Source: an uncultured delta proteobacterium (GTDB taxonomy: Bacteria; Desulfobacterota; Binatia; UBA9968). From it: a stretch of 64,000 bases of DNA. The translations under genes were made by a program, and so were the position numbers. How positions within the stretch are numbered: the stretch's first letter is position 1; each line of letters opens with the position of its first letter. A model generated the notes under the pieces. The model saw nothing but the letters and a program-made list of their open reading frames with translations, was not told the origin of the DNA and did not search any database. Positions 10,076 through 21,059 of the stretch are shown here, piece by piece. The DNA is taken from positions 13,162 through 77,161 of the forward strand of contig CAVXEP010000027.1 in assembly GCA_963760795.1 (NCBI GenBank), written 5' to 3'.

Positions 10076-11449
10076 ATGGCTAAACGCCGCGCCACGTCTA
10101 AAGCCAAGCGATCGATTCGCCAGCTGAACAGCCATGTATTCGAGCAGTTGCTGGAAGCCGAGCTCGATGAGCTGACGCGAGTCAAGCGTTGGTGCCACGC
10201 TGCCCTCAAGATCGCGGTGATGGTGTGGCAGGATTTTTTTGACAACCTGGTGAAACTCCAGGCGATGGCGCTGGCCTTCAAAACGCTGTTGTCACTGGCG
10301 CCGCTCCTGGCGGTGCTATTTTCGATCCTCAAAGCCTTTGGCGTGCACAATCGCATGGAGCCGGTGATGGCCGAGGCGCTCGTGCCGCTGGGCGACAAGG
10401 GCCGGGAGATTACCGCGTATCTGATCGGTTTTGTCGATAAGATGAGCGCCGGCGCTCTGGGCGCGGTAGGCTTGGTGACTTTGTTCCTTACCGTGCTGTC
10501 CTTGATGCATACTATCGAAGAAGCGTTCAACCGAATCTGGCGAGTGCGCGCGTCGCGGACAGTGGCACGGAAGTTCAGCGATTACTTGAGCGCGATTCTT
10601 GTCGGGCCGGTGCTGGTATTCGCCGCGGTGACCATCACCGCGACCTTGCAAAGCAGCAACGTCGTGCGCGCGCTCTTGTCCTCCGACGCACTCGGCAAGG
10701 GGATTCTTACGCTCTTGCGGCTGGTGCCCTATCTGACTTTGTGGGGCGCGTTCACCTTCGTTTATGTGTTTATTCCCAATACACGAGTGAGGCTTCGTTC
10801 CGCCGTGGTCGGCGGCCTGATCGCGGCGATTCTCTGGCAGACCGTCGGCTGGGGCTTCGCCAAATTCGTCGCTTCGTCGACGCAGTACGACGCGATCTAT
10901 TCGAGCTTCGCGATTTTACTGCTCTTCCTCATCTGGCTGCACGTCGGTTGGGTGATTGTCTTGCTCGGTGCCCAGGTGGCTTACGCGCACCAGCATATCT
11001 ATTTTTTCCAAGGCGATCGCCAGTTGTTGGCGCAGAGCCCGGCGGGGCGCGAGAAGCTGGCGCTGCAGACCCTTCACTTCGTTGGGCGTAATTTTTACTA
11101 TGGTTTGGATCCCATGACCGTCACCGATCTGGCGACTCATTTAAAGGTACCCGCAGGGGTCGTCATAGAGTTTCTGGAGCTGTTCGCCGAATCCAGGCTG
11201 GTGTTAGCGGTGAACGATGGCGAGAGCTACGTTCTCGGCCGCGATCCGGAGACCATCAGCATCAAAGACATTCTCGATTGCGTTAAAAACTCCGGCAAGA
11301 AAGCGAAAGTGCCGGAAAATCGCAGCCCGGAAGAAGACGAGATCGACGATCTTCTTGGCTCGGTCGACCTCTCCGTGACGAAAGCCTTGGAGGGGAAAAG
11401 TTTGCAGAGTTTAATCCTGAGCTTGCCGCCGCCGGAAGCGCAGGATTGA
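10076..11449 (+). CDS. YihY/BrkB inner membrane protein with C-terminal Rrf2-like HTH
   Basis: ALAFKTLLSLAP, IEEAFNRIW and IYSSFA motifs; C-terminal YVLGRDPETISIKDI. Confidence 0.85.
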   Translation: MAKRRATSKAKRSIRQLNSHVFEQLLEAELDELTRVKRWCHAALKIAVMVWQDFFDNLVKLQAMALAFKTLLSLAPLLAVLFSILKAFGVHNRMEPVMAEALVPLGDKGREITAYLIGFVDKMSAGALGAVGLVTLFLTVLSLMHTIEEAFNRIWRVRASRTVARKFSDYLSAILVGPVLVFAAVTITATLQSSNVVRALLSSDALGKGILTLLRLVPYLTLWGAFTFVYVFIPNTRVRLRSAVVGGLIAAILWQTVGWGFAKFVASSTQYDAIYSSFAILLLFLIWLHVGWVIVLLGAQVAYAHQHIYFFQGDRQLLAQSPAGREKLALQTLHFVGRNFYYGLDPMTVTDLATHLKVPAGVVIEFLELFAESRLVLAVNDGESYVLGRDPETISIKDILDCVKNSGKKAKVPENRSPEEDEIDDLLGSVDLSVTKALEGKSLQSLILSLPPPEAQD

Positions 11450-11505
11450 AGGTCGTTTCATGCTTCCGGACTGTCGCGGGGTTAGGTTCGGGCTTTTGAC
11501 TCCGG

Positions 11506-13098
11506 TTACCGGCCGCGAAATAGATTCTTGAAAAATGACGTGAAGCCTTTCTCGACAGTTTTCGGCAGGCCGGATTCGCTGAGTTTCGCGGCGTTCAGGT
11601 TCACCGACGGGTTTTCCACCGGTCCGGCGACTCTGAGGGGAACGACGATACGGCCTTTGCCGTCTTTCAGGTAGCTCACGCTGCGGCCGCGCCCGCTGCG
11701 CGCCGACGCCTGCGGGGACAGCGTGGTGCTAAGGAGAATGTCGAGCGTCGGCTGGTCCAAAGTCATGGTGCCGTTGCCGGTTACCTCCATTTGCGGATTG
11801 ACCAGATAAAGCCGCGAGAAATCGGCGACGCCGCCACCAATAGTGAAGTCCCCCTCCATGGTTTTGAAAGTCGTCGCTTCGCGCTGCTGGTCCGGCGACA
11901 AGCCGATCATGCCGGTGACGCGCTGAACTTTCTTGATCAGGTTGACATTGGTCAGCTCGCCATCGCGGGCGACCAGTTTGCCGCTGCCTTGCAAGCGCTG
12001 ACTCACCCGGCCGCCGCCGAACGGTAGCCGGAGATTGACCTCGCCGGTCAAGTTGCCCTTCAAAGCGCGCTTGCCTTTGACGTAAACGTCTTTGAAAACG
12101 CCGCGTATCTCGGTGACCAGCGCGTTCGATGGACCGGCAATTGTCATGTTCAGCGCCATCGGCCCAGAGATTTCCGTGTCGCCGGGTGCGAGGCCAAAGA
12201 CCGACAGGATCTGGAAAATTGGCTTGGCGTCGACATCGTCGCTGTTCAAGGTCAGATTAACTTTCGGCGTCGTCCCCAGGTTGCTTACGCTGCCTTGGAC
12301 CGGAAGTGTCAGGTCGTAGATTTTCAAGCGGTTATTCTTGAGCTCCAGCAGCGCCTTTTCTTCCTGGTAATTCAATTGGCCTTCGAGCACGACAGCTTTG
12401 AGTCCGGGATATTGGAACGCGGCGCGAAAGGGAAATGGCGAGTCGCCGGACATTTCTTGCAGGGTCAACTCGATGCCCTTGATGTTGACCGGGGTTTGGC
12501 CTTTGGTGACCAGATTCATCTGGCCATCGCGGATGCTCATGCGGCTGGGCAGTGCCAGCGGGATGACTTCGACCTTTTTGCCGCCGTCAGTTTTTTTTCT
12601 GACCTCACGGCGCGGTGCCGCCGGAGTTTTTTTACCGGCGATATCGGCGTAATTGAAACTGCCGTCCGCTTGCTTCAACAGATTAAAAATCGGCTTGTCG
12701 AGCACCAGCTCGGTGACTTCGAAGCGGCCGCGCAGCAAGGGTAAGAACTTCAGTTTGAGCTGTACCTGATGTGCGGCGAAGAAAGTGTTATCAGCGTACG
12801 ACTGGCTGTCGGAGACGCGCAGCTTGGAAATTTGGATCGACGGCGTCGGCACCAGGCGCAAGTGCACTTCGCCGACATCGATGCGCCGGCCGAGAGCGTC
12901 TTCGACGAGCGGCAGATAAGTTGCCTTAAACAGACCCAGGTCGACAAAGTGGGGTATGACGAGCAGGAGGGTGAGCAGTGCGGCAAATGCACCGCCGCCA
13001 AACAGCAGGCCTTGTTTAAACTTATTGTTTCCGGCGGTGAGAGCGCGTGCCGGTGTCGTCGCCGCGTCTGACATGGTTGGGTACCTATTGATAGCCAT
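11506..13098 (-). CDS. AsmA family protein
   Basis: N-terminal TM helix, LPLLRGRFEV..LVLDKP, and C-terminal VPLRVAGPVENP. Confidence 0.8.
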   Translation of the reverse strand: MAINRYPTMSDAATTPARALTAGNNKFKQGLLFGGGAFAALLTLLLVIPHFVDLGLFKATYLPLVEDALGRRIDVGEVHLRLVPTPSIQISKLRVSDSQSYADNTFFAAHQVQLKLKFLPLLRGRFEVTELVLDKPIFNLLKQADGSFNYADIAGKKTPAAPRREVRKKTDGGKKVEVIPLALPSRMSIRDGQMNLVTKGQTPVNIKGIELTLQEMSGDSPFPFRAAFQYPGLKAVVLEGQLNYQEEKALLELKNNRLKIYDLTLPVQGSVSNLGTTPKVNLTLNSDDVDAKPIFQILSVFGLAPGDTEISGPMALNMTIAGPSNALVTEIRGVFKDVYVKGKRALKGNLTGEVNLRLPFGGGRVSQRLQGSGKLVARDGELTNVNLIKKVQRVTGMIGLSPDQQREATTFKTMEGDFTIGGGVADFSRLYLVNPQMEVTGNGTMTLDQPTLDILLSTTLSPQASARSGRGRSVSYLKDGKGRIVVPLRVAGPVENPSVNLNAAKLSESGLPKTVEKGFTSFFKNLFRGR

Positions 13099-13201
13099 TA
13101 TACGTCAATAGCCGGCTAATCCAAATAATTAGATTGTGCCGGCGGGTAGCCAGGCTAACAACTATTTGTTAGCATGCGGTCCCTGAAGGGTTCACAACCG
13201 C

Positions 13202-14166
<965 letters not shown>

Positions 14167-14170
<4 letters not shown>

Positions 14171-15414
14171 TCCGGACACTGGCGGTGCCCGGACTCTGTC
14201 TTTATATCGCGGCGAGCTGCGTGCTCGCCTTTTACTTTCCGCAGTCGGTGCTGGCGTTTTTGCTGGTCGAGGCGTCGCTGCTTTTGCTCTATTACTTCCC
14301 AGTAAGCGGCCGGGTGAAAAATCTGCTCGGCGCGCTGGTGTTGTTGGTGTTGCTGCCGGTCTTGGGTTTTTCGAATGCCTATTATTTCGAGATCGCGATT
14401 CAGATCGGCATCTTCGTCGCGCTCGCCCTGGGGCTCAACATCGTCGTTGGTTTTGTCGGTTTGCTCAATCTTGGTTTCGTCGCCTTCTATGCCATCGGCG
14501 CCTATCTGTGGGCGGTGTTCGGCTCGCCGCAGGCAAACCATTTCATCGCCGGCGGCTGGTTTCCGCTGTCGCCCAATTGGTTTTTTGTTTTTCTGATTCT
14601 CAGCATTGCCGTCGGCGCCGCCACCGGCGCGCTGTTAGGACTGCCGGTGCTGCGGCTGCGCGGCGATTATCTCGCCATCGTCACGCTCGGCTTCGCCGAA
14701 GTGGTGCGCGCCCTGGTCAACAATTTAGACAAGCCGATCAATCTGACCAACGGACCCAAGGGCATCGCGCCGATCGCCAAACCGCCGCTGTTTTTTAAGC
14801 CGCTGCTGGAATTCTTCGGCGTGCAGGTTGCCGACGCGGCGCTCTATCCGCTGTATTTCTACTTTCTCGTCTTGCTGCTGGTGTTTACGATTATTCTCGT
14901 TACTCAAAGACTGGAGAACTCGCGCGTCGGCCGGGCCTGGAAAGCGATTCGCGAGGACGAGATCGCCGCATCCGCGATGGGGGTTCCCGTCGTGCGCATG
15001 AAGTTATTGGGCTTCGCCGTCGGCGCCTCGTTCGCTTCCGCCGTCGGCGTGTTGTTCGCCGCCAAGCAGGTGTTTATCAATCCCGAGAGCTTTACCTTCA
15101 TGGAATCCATCGGTGTGTTGGCTATGGTTATTATGGGCGGCATGGGCTCGGTGCCCGGTGCGATCCTCGGCGCCACCGGGGTGACGATACTGAATTTGCA
15201 ACTCCTCAAAGGGCTATCGCTTTGGCTCAATGGCCTGCGCCAATCCGGCGCCGTCTGGTCGATCCCGCTAGTCGGCGATTTGGCGCTGGCGAACCTGCCG
15301 GCGCAGTTCGAGCCGGCCAAATATGAGCGCATGATCTTCGGCCTGATCTTGATCGTCATGATGATTTTTCGTCCCCAGGGGATATTGCCGCCCAAGCAGG
15401 AGCAGAGGAAATAA
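14167..15414 (+). CDS. livM: Branched-chain amino acid ABC transporter permease
   Basis: LGLNIVVGFVGLLNLG; RLRGDYLAIVTLGFAE; AIREDEIAA. Confidence 0.92.
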
Positions 15415-15420
15415 CCAAGG

Positions 15421-15569
15421 AAAATTCGAAATTCGAAATCCGAAACAAATCCAAATGACCAAAAAACGCAATGTTCCAAACAACCCTGATGCGGATTCCT
15501 CGTTTTGGAATTGCTCGGGTATTGTCTTATTTGGCTGCGGTTTGTTTCGGATTTCGATATTCGGATTTT
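15421..15569. repeat. Heptamer-based inverted-repeat element (TCGAAAT/ATTTCGA type) between livM and livG
   Basis: aaaattcgaaattcgaaatccgaaacaaa (15421-15449) pairs imperfectly with tttgtttcggatttcgatattcggatttt (15541-15569). Confidence 0.8.
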
Positions 15570-15650
15570 GGTTAAAGTATGCTTGGCGTCTATGCGCGAG
15601 ATACTTTTATACGACTGCCAGCGGCAAAAAGTGGCAAGTAGGAACTGAAG

Positions 15651-16436
15651 ATGGCTTTGCTCGAACTGCGTGACATCTCCAAACGCTTCGGCGGCCTGCA
15701 AGCGCTGTCGCTGGTCAGCATGAAGATCGAAGAGGGCATGATCGCATCGCTCATCGGTCCCAACGGCGCCGGTAAGACGACGCTGTTCAATACCCTGACC
15801 GGGATCTATCGGCCGGACCAGGGCGAGATTCGCTTCCAGGAACGGTCATTAATCGGTCTGAAGCCTGAATCGATTACCGGCGCGGGGATTAGCCGGACGT
15901 TTCAAAATATTCGGCTGTTCGCGCATATGAGTGTGCTCGACAATGTCTTGGTCGGCATGCACACCCGTCTGCATTCGAGCTTGGCGGATATTTTTCTGGC
16001 GTCGAAAAGATTTTATGCCGGCGAGAAGGCGGCGCGCCAGCGCGCCCATGAGCTGATCGAGCTCACCGGCCTCGGCGGCCGCGAAAACGAATGGGCGCAG
16101 CAGCTATCTTATGGCGAACAGCGCCGCCTGGAAATCGCCCGGGCATTGGCCGCCGCGCCGCAGTTGCTTTTGCTCGACGAGCCGACCGCCGGGATGAACG
16201 CCAGCGAGGCGCAGTCGTTGATGGCGCTGTTCAAAGATCTCATGGGCCGTTACGTCAAAGCGATCCTCTTGATCGAACATAACATGCGCGTGGTCATGGG
16301 CGTATCGGACTGCGTTCATGTGCTCGATTACGGCGAGAAGATCGCCGAGGGCAATCCCGACGAGGTGCGCCAAGATCCGCGCGTCATCGAGGCTTATCTG
16401 GGAACCGGCGATTGGTTGAAAAATGCTCAACGTTGA
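15651..16436 (+). CDS. livG: Branched-chain amino acid ABC transporter ATP-binding protein
   Basis: GPNGAGKT, RTFQNIRLF, LSYGEQRRLEIARALA, LLLDEP. Confidence 0.93.
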   Translation: MALLELRDISKRFGGLQALSLVSMKIEEGMIASLIGPNGAGKTTLFNTLTGIYRPDQGEIRFQERSLIGLKPESITGAGISRTFQNIRLFAHMSVLDNVLVGMHTRLHSSLADIFLASKRFYAGEKAARQRAHELIELTGLGGRENEWAQQLSYGEQRRLEIARALAAAPQLLLLDEPTAGMNASEAQSLMALFKDLMGRYVKAILLIEHNMRVVMGVSDCVHVLDYGEKIAEGNPDEVRQDPRVIEAYLGTGDWLKNAQR

Positions 16437-17151
16437 CGCCATCCACGTCTACTACGACGCGATTCACGCGCTCAAAGGCGTGTCCTTCAGTGTCGCCCGT
16501 GGCGAGCTTGTCACGCTACTCGGCGGCAATGGGGCGGGCAAGACAACGACGTTGAAGACTGTCTCCGGTCTGCTCCGGCCACGCAGCGGCACGATTAAGC
16601 TGGAAGATGAAGCGCTCAGCGCAGTGGAGCCTCATGAGATCGTCGGCCGCGGCGTCGCCCATGTGCCCGAGGGCCGAAAAGTATTTCCCCGCTTCACGGT
16701 GCTGGAAAATCTCCAAATCGGCGGTTACACGCGGGCGAAAAATGCTCTTGGCGCTGAGCTGGATTTTGTTTATCGGATGTTCCCGCGTTTGAAAGAGCGG
16801 CAGAAACAATACGCCGGTACGCTATCCGGCGGCGAGCAGCAGATGCTCGCCATCGGCCGCGCGCTGATGACCAAACCGAAGCTGCTTCTACTCGACGAAC
16901 CGTCCATGGGACTGGCGCCGAAAATCGTCGAACAAATTCTCGAAAACATCCGAGAGATCAATAAGGCCGGCGTCACCGTATTGCTCGTCGAGCAAAACGC
17001 CGCCATGGCGCTGGCGATCTCGCACCGCGGCTATGTGCTGGAGACCGGCTCGGTGATTCTCGAAGGCAAGGCGAGCGAGTTGGCGGGCAATGATCTAGTG
17101 CGCCAGGCGTACTTGGGCGGGTGGGCAAGGCAAGATTACAGAAGAGCGTAA
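16423..17151 (+). CDS. livF: Branched-chain amino acid ABC transporter ATP-binding protein
   Basis: GGNGAGKT, VPEGR, LSGGEQQMLAIGRALM, DEPSMGLAP. Confidence 0.93.
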   Translation: MLNVDAIHVYYDAIHALKGVSFSVARGELVTLLGGNGAGKTTTLKTVSGLLRPRSGTIKLEDEALSAVEPHEIVGRGVAHVPEGRKVFPRFTVLENLQIGGYTRAKNALGAELDFVYRMFPRLKERQKQYAGTLSGGEQQMLAIGRALMTKPKLLLLDEPSMGLAPKIVEQILENIREINKAGVTVLLVEQNAAMALAISHRGYVLETGSVILEGKASELAGNDLVRQAYLGGWARQDYRRA

Positions 17152-17154
17152 TGG

Positions 17155-17225
17155 CCGCATAGAGCGCAAAGGGCGCAAAAAAAGAATTTGGATTTGTCGG
17201 GGCGGGTTTAAAACCCGTCCACCTA
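17155..17225. repeat. REP-like palindrome (ggggcgggtttaaaacccgtcc) with a gcgcaaa repeat remnant
   Basis: Imperfect GC palindrome around TTTAAA, preceded by gagcgcaaagggcgcaaa. Confidence 0.5.
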
Positions 17226-17264
17226 ACTTTTAACCGAGGCGAATAACCGTTAAGCTCTAATGCA

Positions 17265-17987
17265 ATGCAATATCAAACCCGACAGATGAGTTTCGGCGGC
17301 GGCAGTGTGACGCCGGCGGTGAAGTTTCTGCTGATCGCCAACGTCGGGATGTTTGTCGTGCAGACCGTTATTGGCCTTGGCACGAACTTCCCGCTGAGCC
17401 TTTACCTCGGTCTGGTGCCGCAGTTGGTTCTCAATCAGTTTTACCTCTGGCAGCTGTTTACCTATCAGTTTCTCCATGGCGGTCTGTTTCATCTGCTGTT
17501 CAACATGCTCGCGTTGTGGATGTTCGGCTGCGATCTGGAGCGGCGCTGGGGCGCGCCGTTTTTCCTCAAGTATTATTTCGTCACCGTCATCGGCGGCGCC
17601 ATCTTGAATGTTATTTTCCTGCCCGGCCAGCTTGCGCCGAGCATCGGCGCATCCGCCGGCGTCTACGGACTGCTGCTCGCCTACGGGTTGATCTACCCGG
17701 ACCGCATCGTTTATTTTTATTTTCTGTTTCCGATCAAGATGAAACACTTCGTCTGGATCATCGGCGCCATCGCGGTCTATTCTTCGGTTACCTCCGGCGA
17801 AAGCGGCATCGCTCACCTCGCCCATCTCGGCGGCATGGTGTTCGGTTATATCTACCTGCGCGGCGGCATCAATCCATGGGACCAATTCAAAATTTACCTA
17901 GACCGCCGCCGTCTCAACCGCCTGAAAAAACGCTTCCAAGTCTTCCCTGGAGGCAAAGACGACGACCGCGGGCCGACGGTGCATTGA
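17265..17987 (+). CDS. Rhomboid family intramembrane serine protease
   Basis: FLHGG..HLLFNM, catalytic GAS(A), and AHLAHLGG. Confidence 0.9.
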   Translation: MQYQTRQMSFGGGSVTPAVKFLLIANVGMFVVQTVIGLGTNFPLSLYLGLVPQLVLNQFYLWQLFTYQFLHGGLFHLLFNMLALWMFGCDLERRWGAPFFLKYYFVTVIGGAILNVIFLPGQLAPSIGASAGVYGLLLAYGLIYPDRIVYFYFLFPIKMKHFVWIIGAIAVYSSVTSGESGIAHLAHLGGMVFGYIYLRGGINPWDQFKIYLDRRRLNRLKKRFQVFPGGKDDDRGPTVH

Positions 17988-18028
17988 CGGACCGCGAGGC
18001 CGATATTTCTGAGGTTCTTTTCGGCGCA

Positions 18029-18895
18029 TTACATCTTCTCCCACGAAATCAAAAACACGCCGATAATCACCAGCACCGTCGCGCCGATTTTTCTCGGCGT
18101 GAGTTTCTCGACATCTTTGAGGAGTAGTGCCGACAGCGGCAGGACGAAGAGCGACGAACCGTTGATCAGCGGCGAGATCAGCGAGACGCGTTCCATGCTC
18201 AAGGCGGTGTAGGCAAAGGCGTAGGAGAGAAAATTCAGAAAACCGGCGGCGGCGAAAAGCTGGTAGCCTTTGCGGGCTGTGGCTGGCAGCGGCTTTTTTT
18301 CTTCGAACAGCAAGTACAAGAGCGACATGGTGAGGAATGACGTCGTGGCGGCGATGGTGGCGCCGACCAGCGGCGAATAGATTTTTAGCAACCCGAAGCG
18401 GACCATGTTGTCCCGAGCGGCGAAGAGAAAGGCGGCGGTGAGCGGATACAGCAGGTCGCGGCTGCGCCAGGTCTTGCTCGTGCCTTTCCAGCTGAGTGAG
18501 ACGATGCCGACGACGATGGAAAACGTGCCTAATAGATTGGTCAGACTCGGCCGCTCTTGGAGAAACGACACGGCGAACAGGGTGGCGAAGAGCGGCGTGC
18601 TGTTGGTCAAACAGGAGGTAATCGACGCGCCGAGCCGTTCCATGCCTTTGAACATGAAAAAGCGCGCGATGCCGGGGACGAAGATACCGACGAGGACGAA
18701 AATCAGATTGGCGGGAAGCCACAGTTCGACGCGGTCGACAAACAGCCAGATGAAGAGCCAGAGAAACAGCGCGTTGACGCCCAGGTTGGTGAGCAGGCCG
18801 CGAAAGTAATCGATGACGAGCACGCCGCGGTTGATCAGCACCATCGACAGGGCGAACCAGAAGGAGGCTAATAAACCGAATATAATCGCGAGCAT
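18029..18895 (-). CDS. EamA/DMT family transporter
   Basis: 288 aa, about 10 TM helices arranged as two EamA repeats. Confidence 0.85.
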   Translation of the reverse strand: MLAIIFGLLASFWFALSMVLINRGVLVIDYFRGLLTNLGVNALFLWLFIWLFVDRVELWLPANLIFVLVGIFVPGIARFFMFKGMERLGASITSCLTNSTPLFATLFAVSFLQERPSLTNLLGTFSIVVGIVSLSWKGTSKTWRSRDLLYPLTAAFLFAARDNMVRFGLLKIYSPLVGATIAATTSFLTMSLLYLLFEEKKPLPATARKGYQLFAAAGFLNFLSYAFAYTALSMERVSLISPLINGSSLFVLPLSALLLKDVEKLTPRKIGATVLVIIGVFLISWEKM

Positions 18896-19052
18896 GATGG
18901 ATTGCCGGTGACCTTATCCCGAGGTGGGTGCGGGTGCAATTCAGGAAATTTGCCCGGTCGTTGCCGGTCGCTCAATTAAGATATAGCCTTCTCAAACGTC
19001 TAACATTATGCATTGCTACGCCGAAACCGAGGGTCCCGTAGGGAGGGCAGAA

Positions 19053-19469
19053 ATGAAACCGATTCTAAGCGCGATAACGATATTAGCTCTCGGGTTGGTC
19101 CTCGCGGGCGAGGTAGGCGCGGGACCGCGGCGGGCGATGGTCGCGCCGCGCGCCAACTCTGGGGTAACGTTCTTTTCCGGCGGCGCTTCTAATCGGGTTA
19201 TTGTCCAGCGCCAATTTTATGGCGCTTATCCCTATTATTATCAGCCCTATTCTCCTCCCGTGCTGGTGGTTTCTCCGTACGCCCCAGCTTACATCCTGCC
19301 GCCGGCCGTGGTGGTTACGGCGCCGTATTTCTGCGTGCTGCACAACGAAGGTTATGTCAGCCGGGTCGGTCTGCTCGATCATCTCGCCGGCACCCACAAG
19401 ATTCCCCTTAACGCGGCGACAAGCCTATGTCCTGACGGCGGCGCGAGCTGCGTGTTTCCTTCTTATTAG
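19053..19469 (+). CDS. Hypothetical secreted Pro/Tyr-rich protein with zinc-finger-like C-terminus
   Basis: RBS gggagg upstream of ATG 19053; signal peptide; YFCVLHNEGYVSRVGLLDHLAGTH. Confidence 0.65.
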   Translation: MKPILSAITILALGLVLAGEVGAGPRRAMVAPRANSGVTFFSGGASNRVIVQRQFYGAYPYYYQPYSPPVLVVSPYAPAYILPPAVVVTAPYFCVLHNEGYVSRVGLLDHLAGTHKIPLNAATSLCPDGGASCVFPSY

Positions 19470-19564
19470 ATTTCACGGTCGGCAGTTTTGTCATGTGTCG
19501 ATCCTCGGTGGCGATTACGGTATAGGTTGAGGCACGTCTTTACGGCGAAGACGACCTCATAACC

Positions 19565-20944
19565 ATGGACCCACTGCGCGAAAAACTCATGAAGATAATC
19601 GAGCCGGAGCGTATTTCGACGAACGGCGAATATCTCGACGAGCTTTCTTGGGACGCGCTGAGCGAAGGCCGTTTTCATCCGCACCATCAGCCGGAACTGG
19701 CGGCGCCCTTATGCGCCGTGGCGCCGGTTTCGACTGACGAGGTACAACAACTGGTTCGTTTCGCCAATCAAGAAAACTTGTCAATTGTTCCGTTCGGCGG
19801 CGGCTCGGGGTTGATGGGTGGTGCTCTGTCGGTTCGTTCTGGCATGGTTCTCGACCTGCGACGGATGAACCGTATTCTCGCCATCGATAGCGAGTCTCGT
19901 TGTGCACGCGTCCAGGCGGGGGCGGTGCTCGAAGCCGTCGATCTGGCGTTGAACCAAGCCGGCTTTATCTTGGGCCATGATCCCTGGACGGTGCCGGTGG
20001 CGACTATCGGCGGGGCGATTTCGACCAATAGCGTCGGTTATCGAGCTGGCATTTACGGCTCCATGGGCGATCAAGTGTTGGGCATGGAGGCCGTCATGGC
20101 CAACGGCGAAATCTTACACACGCGGCCGGTGCAGAAACACTCGGCGGGGTTGAATCTCAATTCTTTGCTCATCGGTGGCGAGGGTTGTTTCGGCATCATC
20201 ACCGAAGCGACGATTCGCATCTTTCCGAAACCAGATACAAGGCTGTTTCGCGGCTATCTTTTCGCATCGTTCGAGCAGGGCTACGGGGCGATTCAAGAAA
20301 TGTTTCAGCGGCGGCTCCGCCCGGCGCTGCTCGACTTCGGCGACGATGCGGAGAAGCATGGTGGCGCGATTCTTTACTTGGTCTTCGAGGGCAATCAAGA
20401 GTTGACCACCGTCGAGGAGAGACAGGCGGTAGCGCTGTGTCTTGCGCATGGCGGTAAGGAATTGCCCCGCAGCGATGCCGAGCAGTTTTGGCGCGATCGC
20501 CACGAGATTGCCAGGCGGTTTGCACGCAATCGCCGCCAGCGGCGCGAGCGCGGCCGGGATGGAATTTATCGCGATTGGATCCATGTCGCTCTGCCGAGTT
20601 CGAAAGTCCTGGCTTTCCGCAGCGCCGCCCAGGAGATCGTCGAGCGCCATGGTGTGCGTTTACAAGAAAGCGGCCTATGGGTGCAGCCGGAACTTTTCTC
20701 CATGCGGCTGGGGGCCGAAGATGGCGCCGTCGCTAACGCGCAACTGGCTTTGGAGGAGGCGATCGAAGAGCTTTTGCGCCTGGTTCAACAAATCGGCGGT
20801 TCGATGGAGTACACCCATGGCGTCGGCGTCAAACTTGCGCCGCTGATGGCCGAGGAGCATGGCTACGGCTTACAAGTGATGCGCCAGATTAAAAAACTTC
20901 TCGATCCCAACAGCATTCTCAATCCGGGGAAAATGGGCTTGTAG
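19565..20944 (+). CDS. FAD-binding oxidoreductase (GlcD/VAO/alkyl-DHAP synthase family)
   Basis: VPFGGGSGLMGG, ATIGG, GGEGCFGIITEA, HGVG and LDPNSILNPGK motifs. Confidence 0.88.
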   Translation: MDPLREKLMKIIEPERISTNGEYLDELSWDALSEGRFHPHHQPELAAPLCAVAPVSTDEVQQLVRFANQENLSIVPFGGGSGLMGGALSVRSGMVLDLRRMNRILAIDSESRCARVQAGAVLEAVDLALNQAGFILGHDPWTVPVATIGGAISTNSVGYRAGIYGSMGDQVLGMEAVMANGEILHTRPVQKHSAGLNLNSLLIGGEGCFGIITEATIRIFPKPDTRLFRGYLFASFEQGYGAIQEMFQRRLRPALLDFGDDAEKHGGAILYLVFEGNQELTTVEERQAVALCLAHGGKELPRSDAEQFWRDRHEIARRFARNRRQRRERGRDGIYRDWIHVALPSSKVLAFRSAAQEIVERHGVRLQESGLWVQPELFSMRLGAEDGAVANAQLALEEAIEELLRLVQQIGGSMEYTHGVGVKLAPLMAEEHGYGLQVMRQIKKLLDPNSILNPGKMGL

Positions 20945-21059
20945 CTTGACGTTCTTAAGCTTGGTCAATGTCTAACTTTCAGCGCCAGGAATTCTTGCGC
21001 CGACCGATTCTAAACGTTATTTTTTGCTTGAAGCTGCTCGCATTGCCGCTGGTGTGCCT

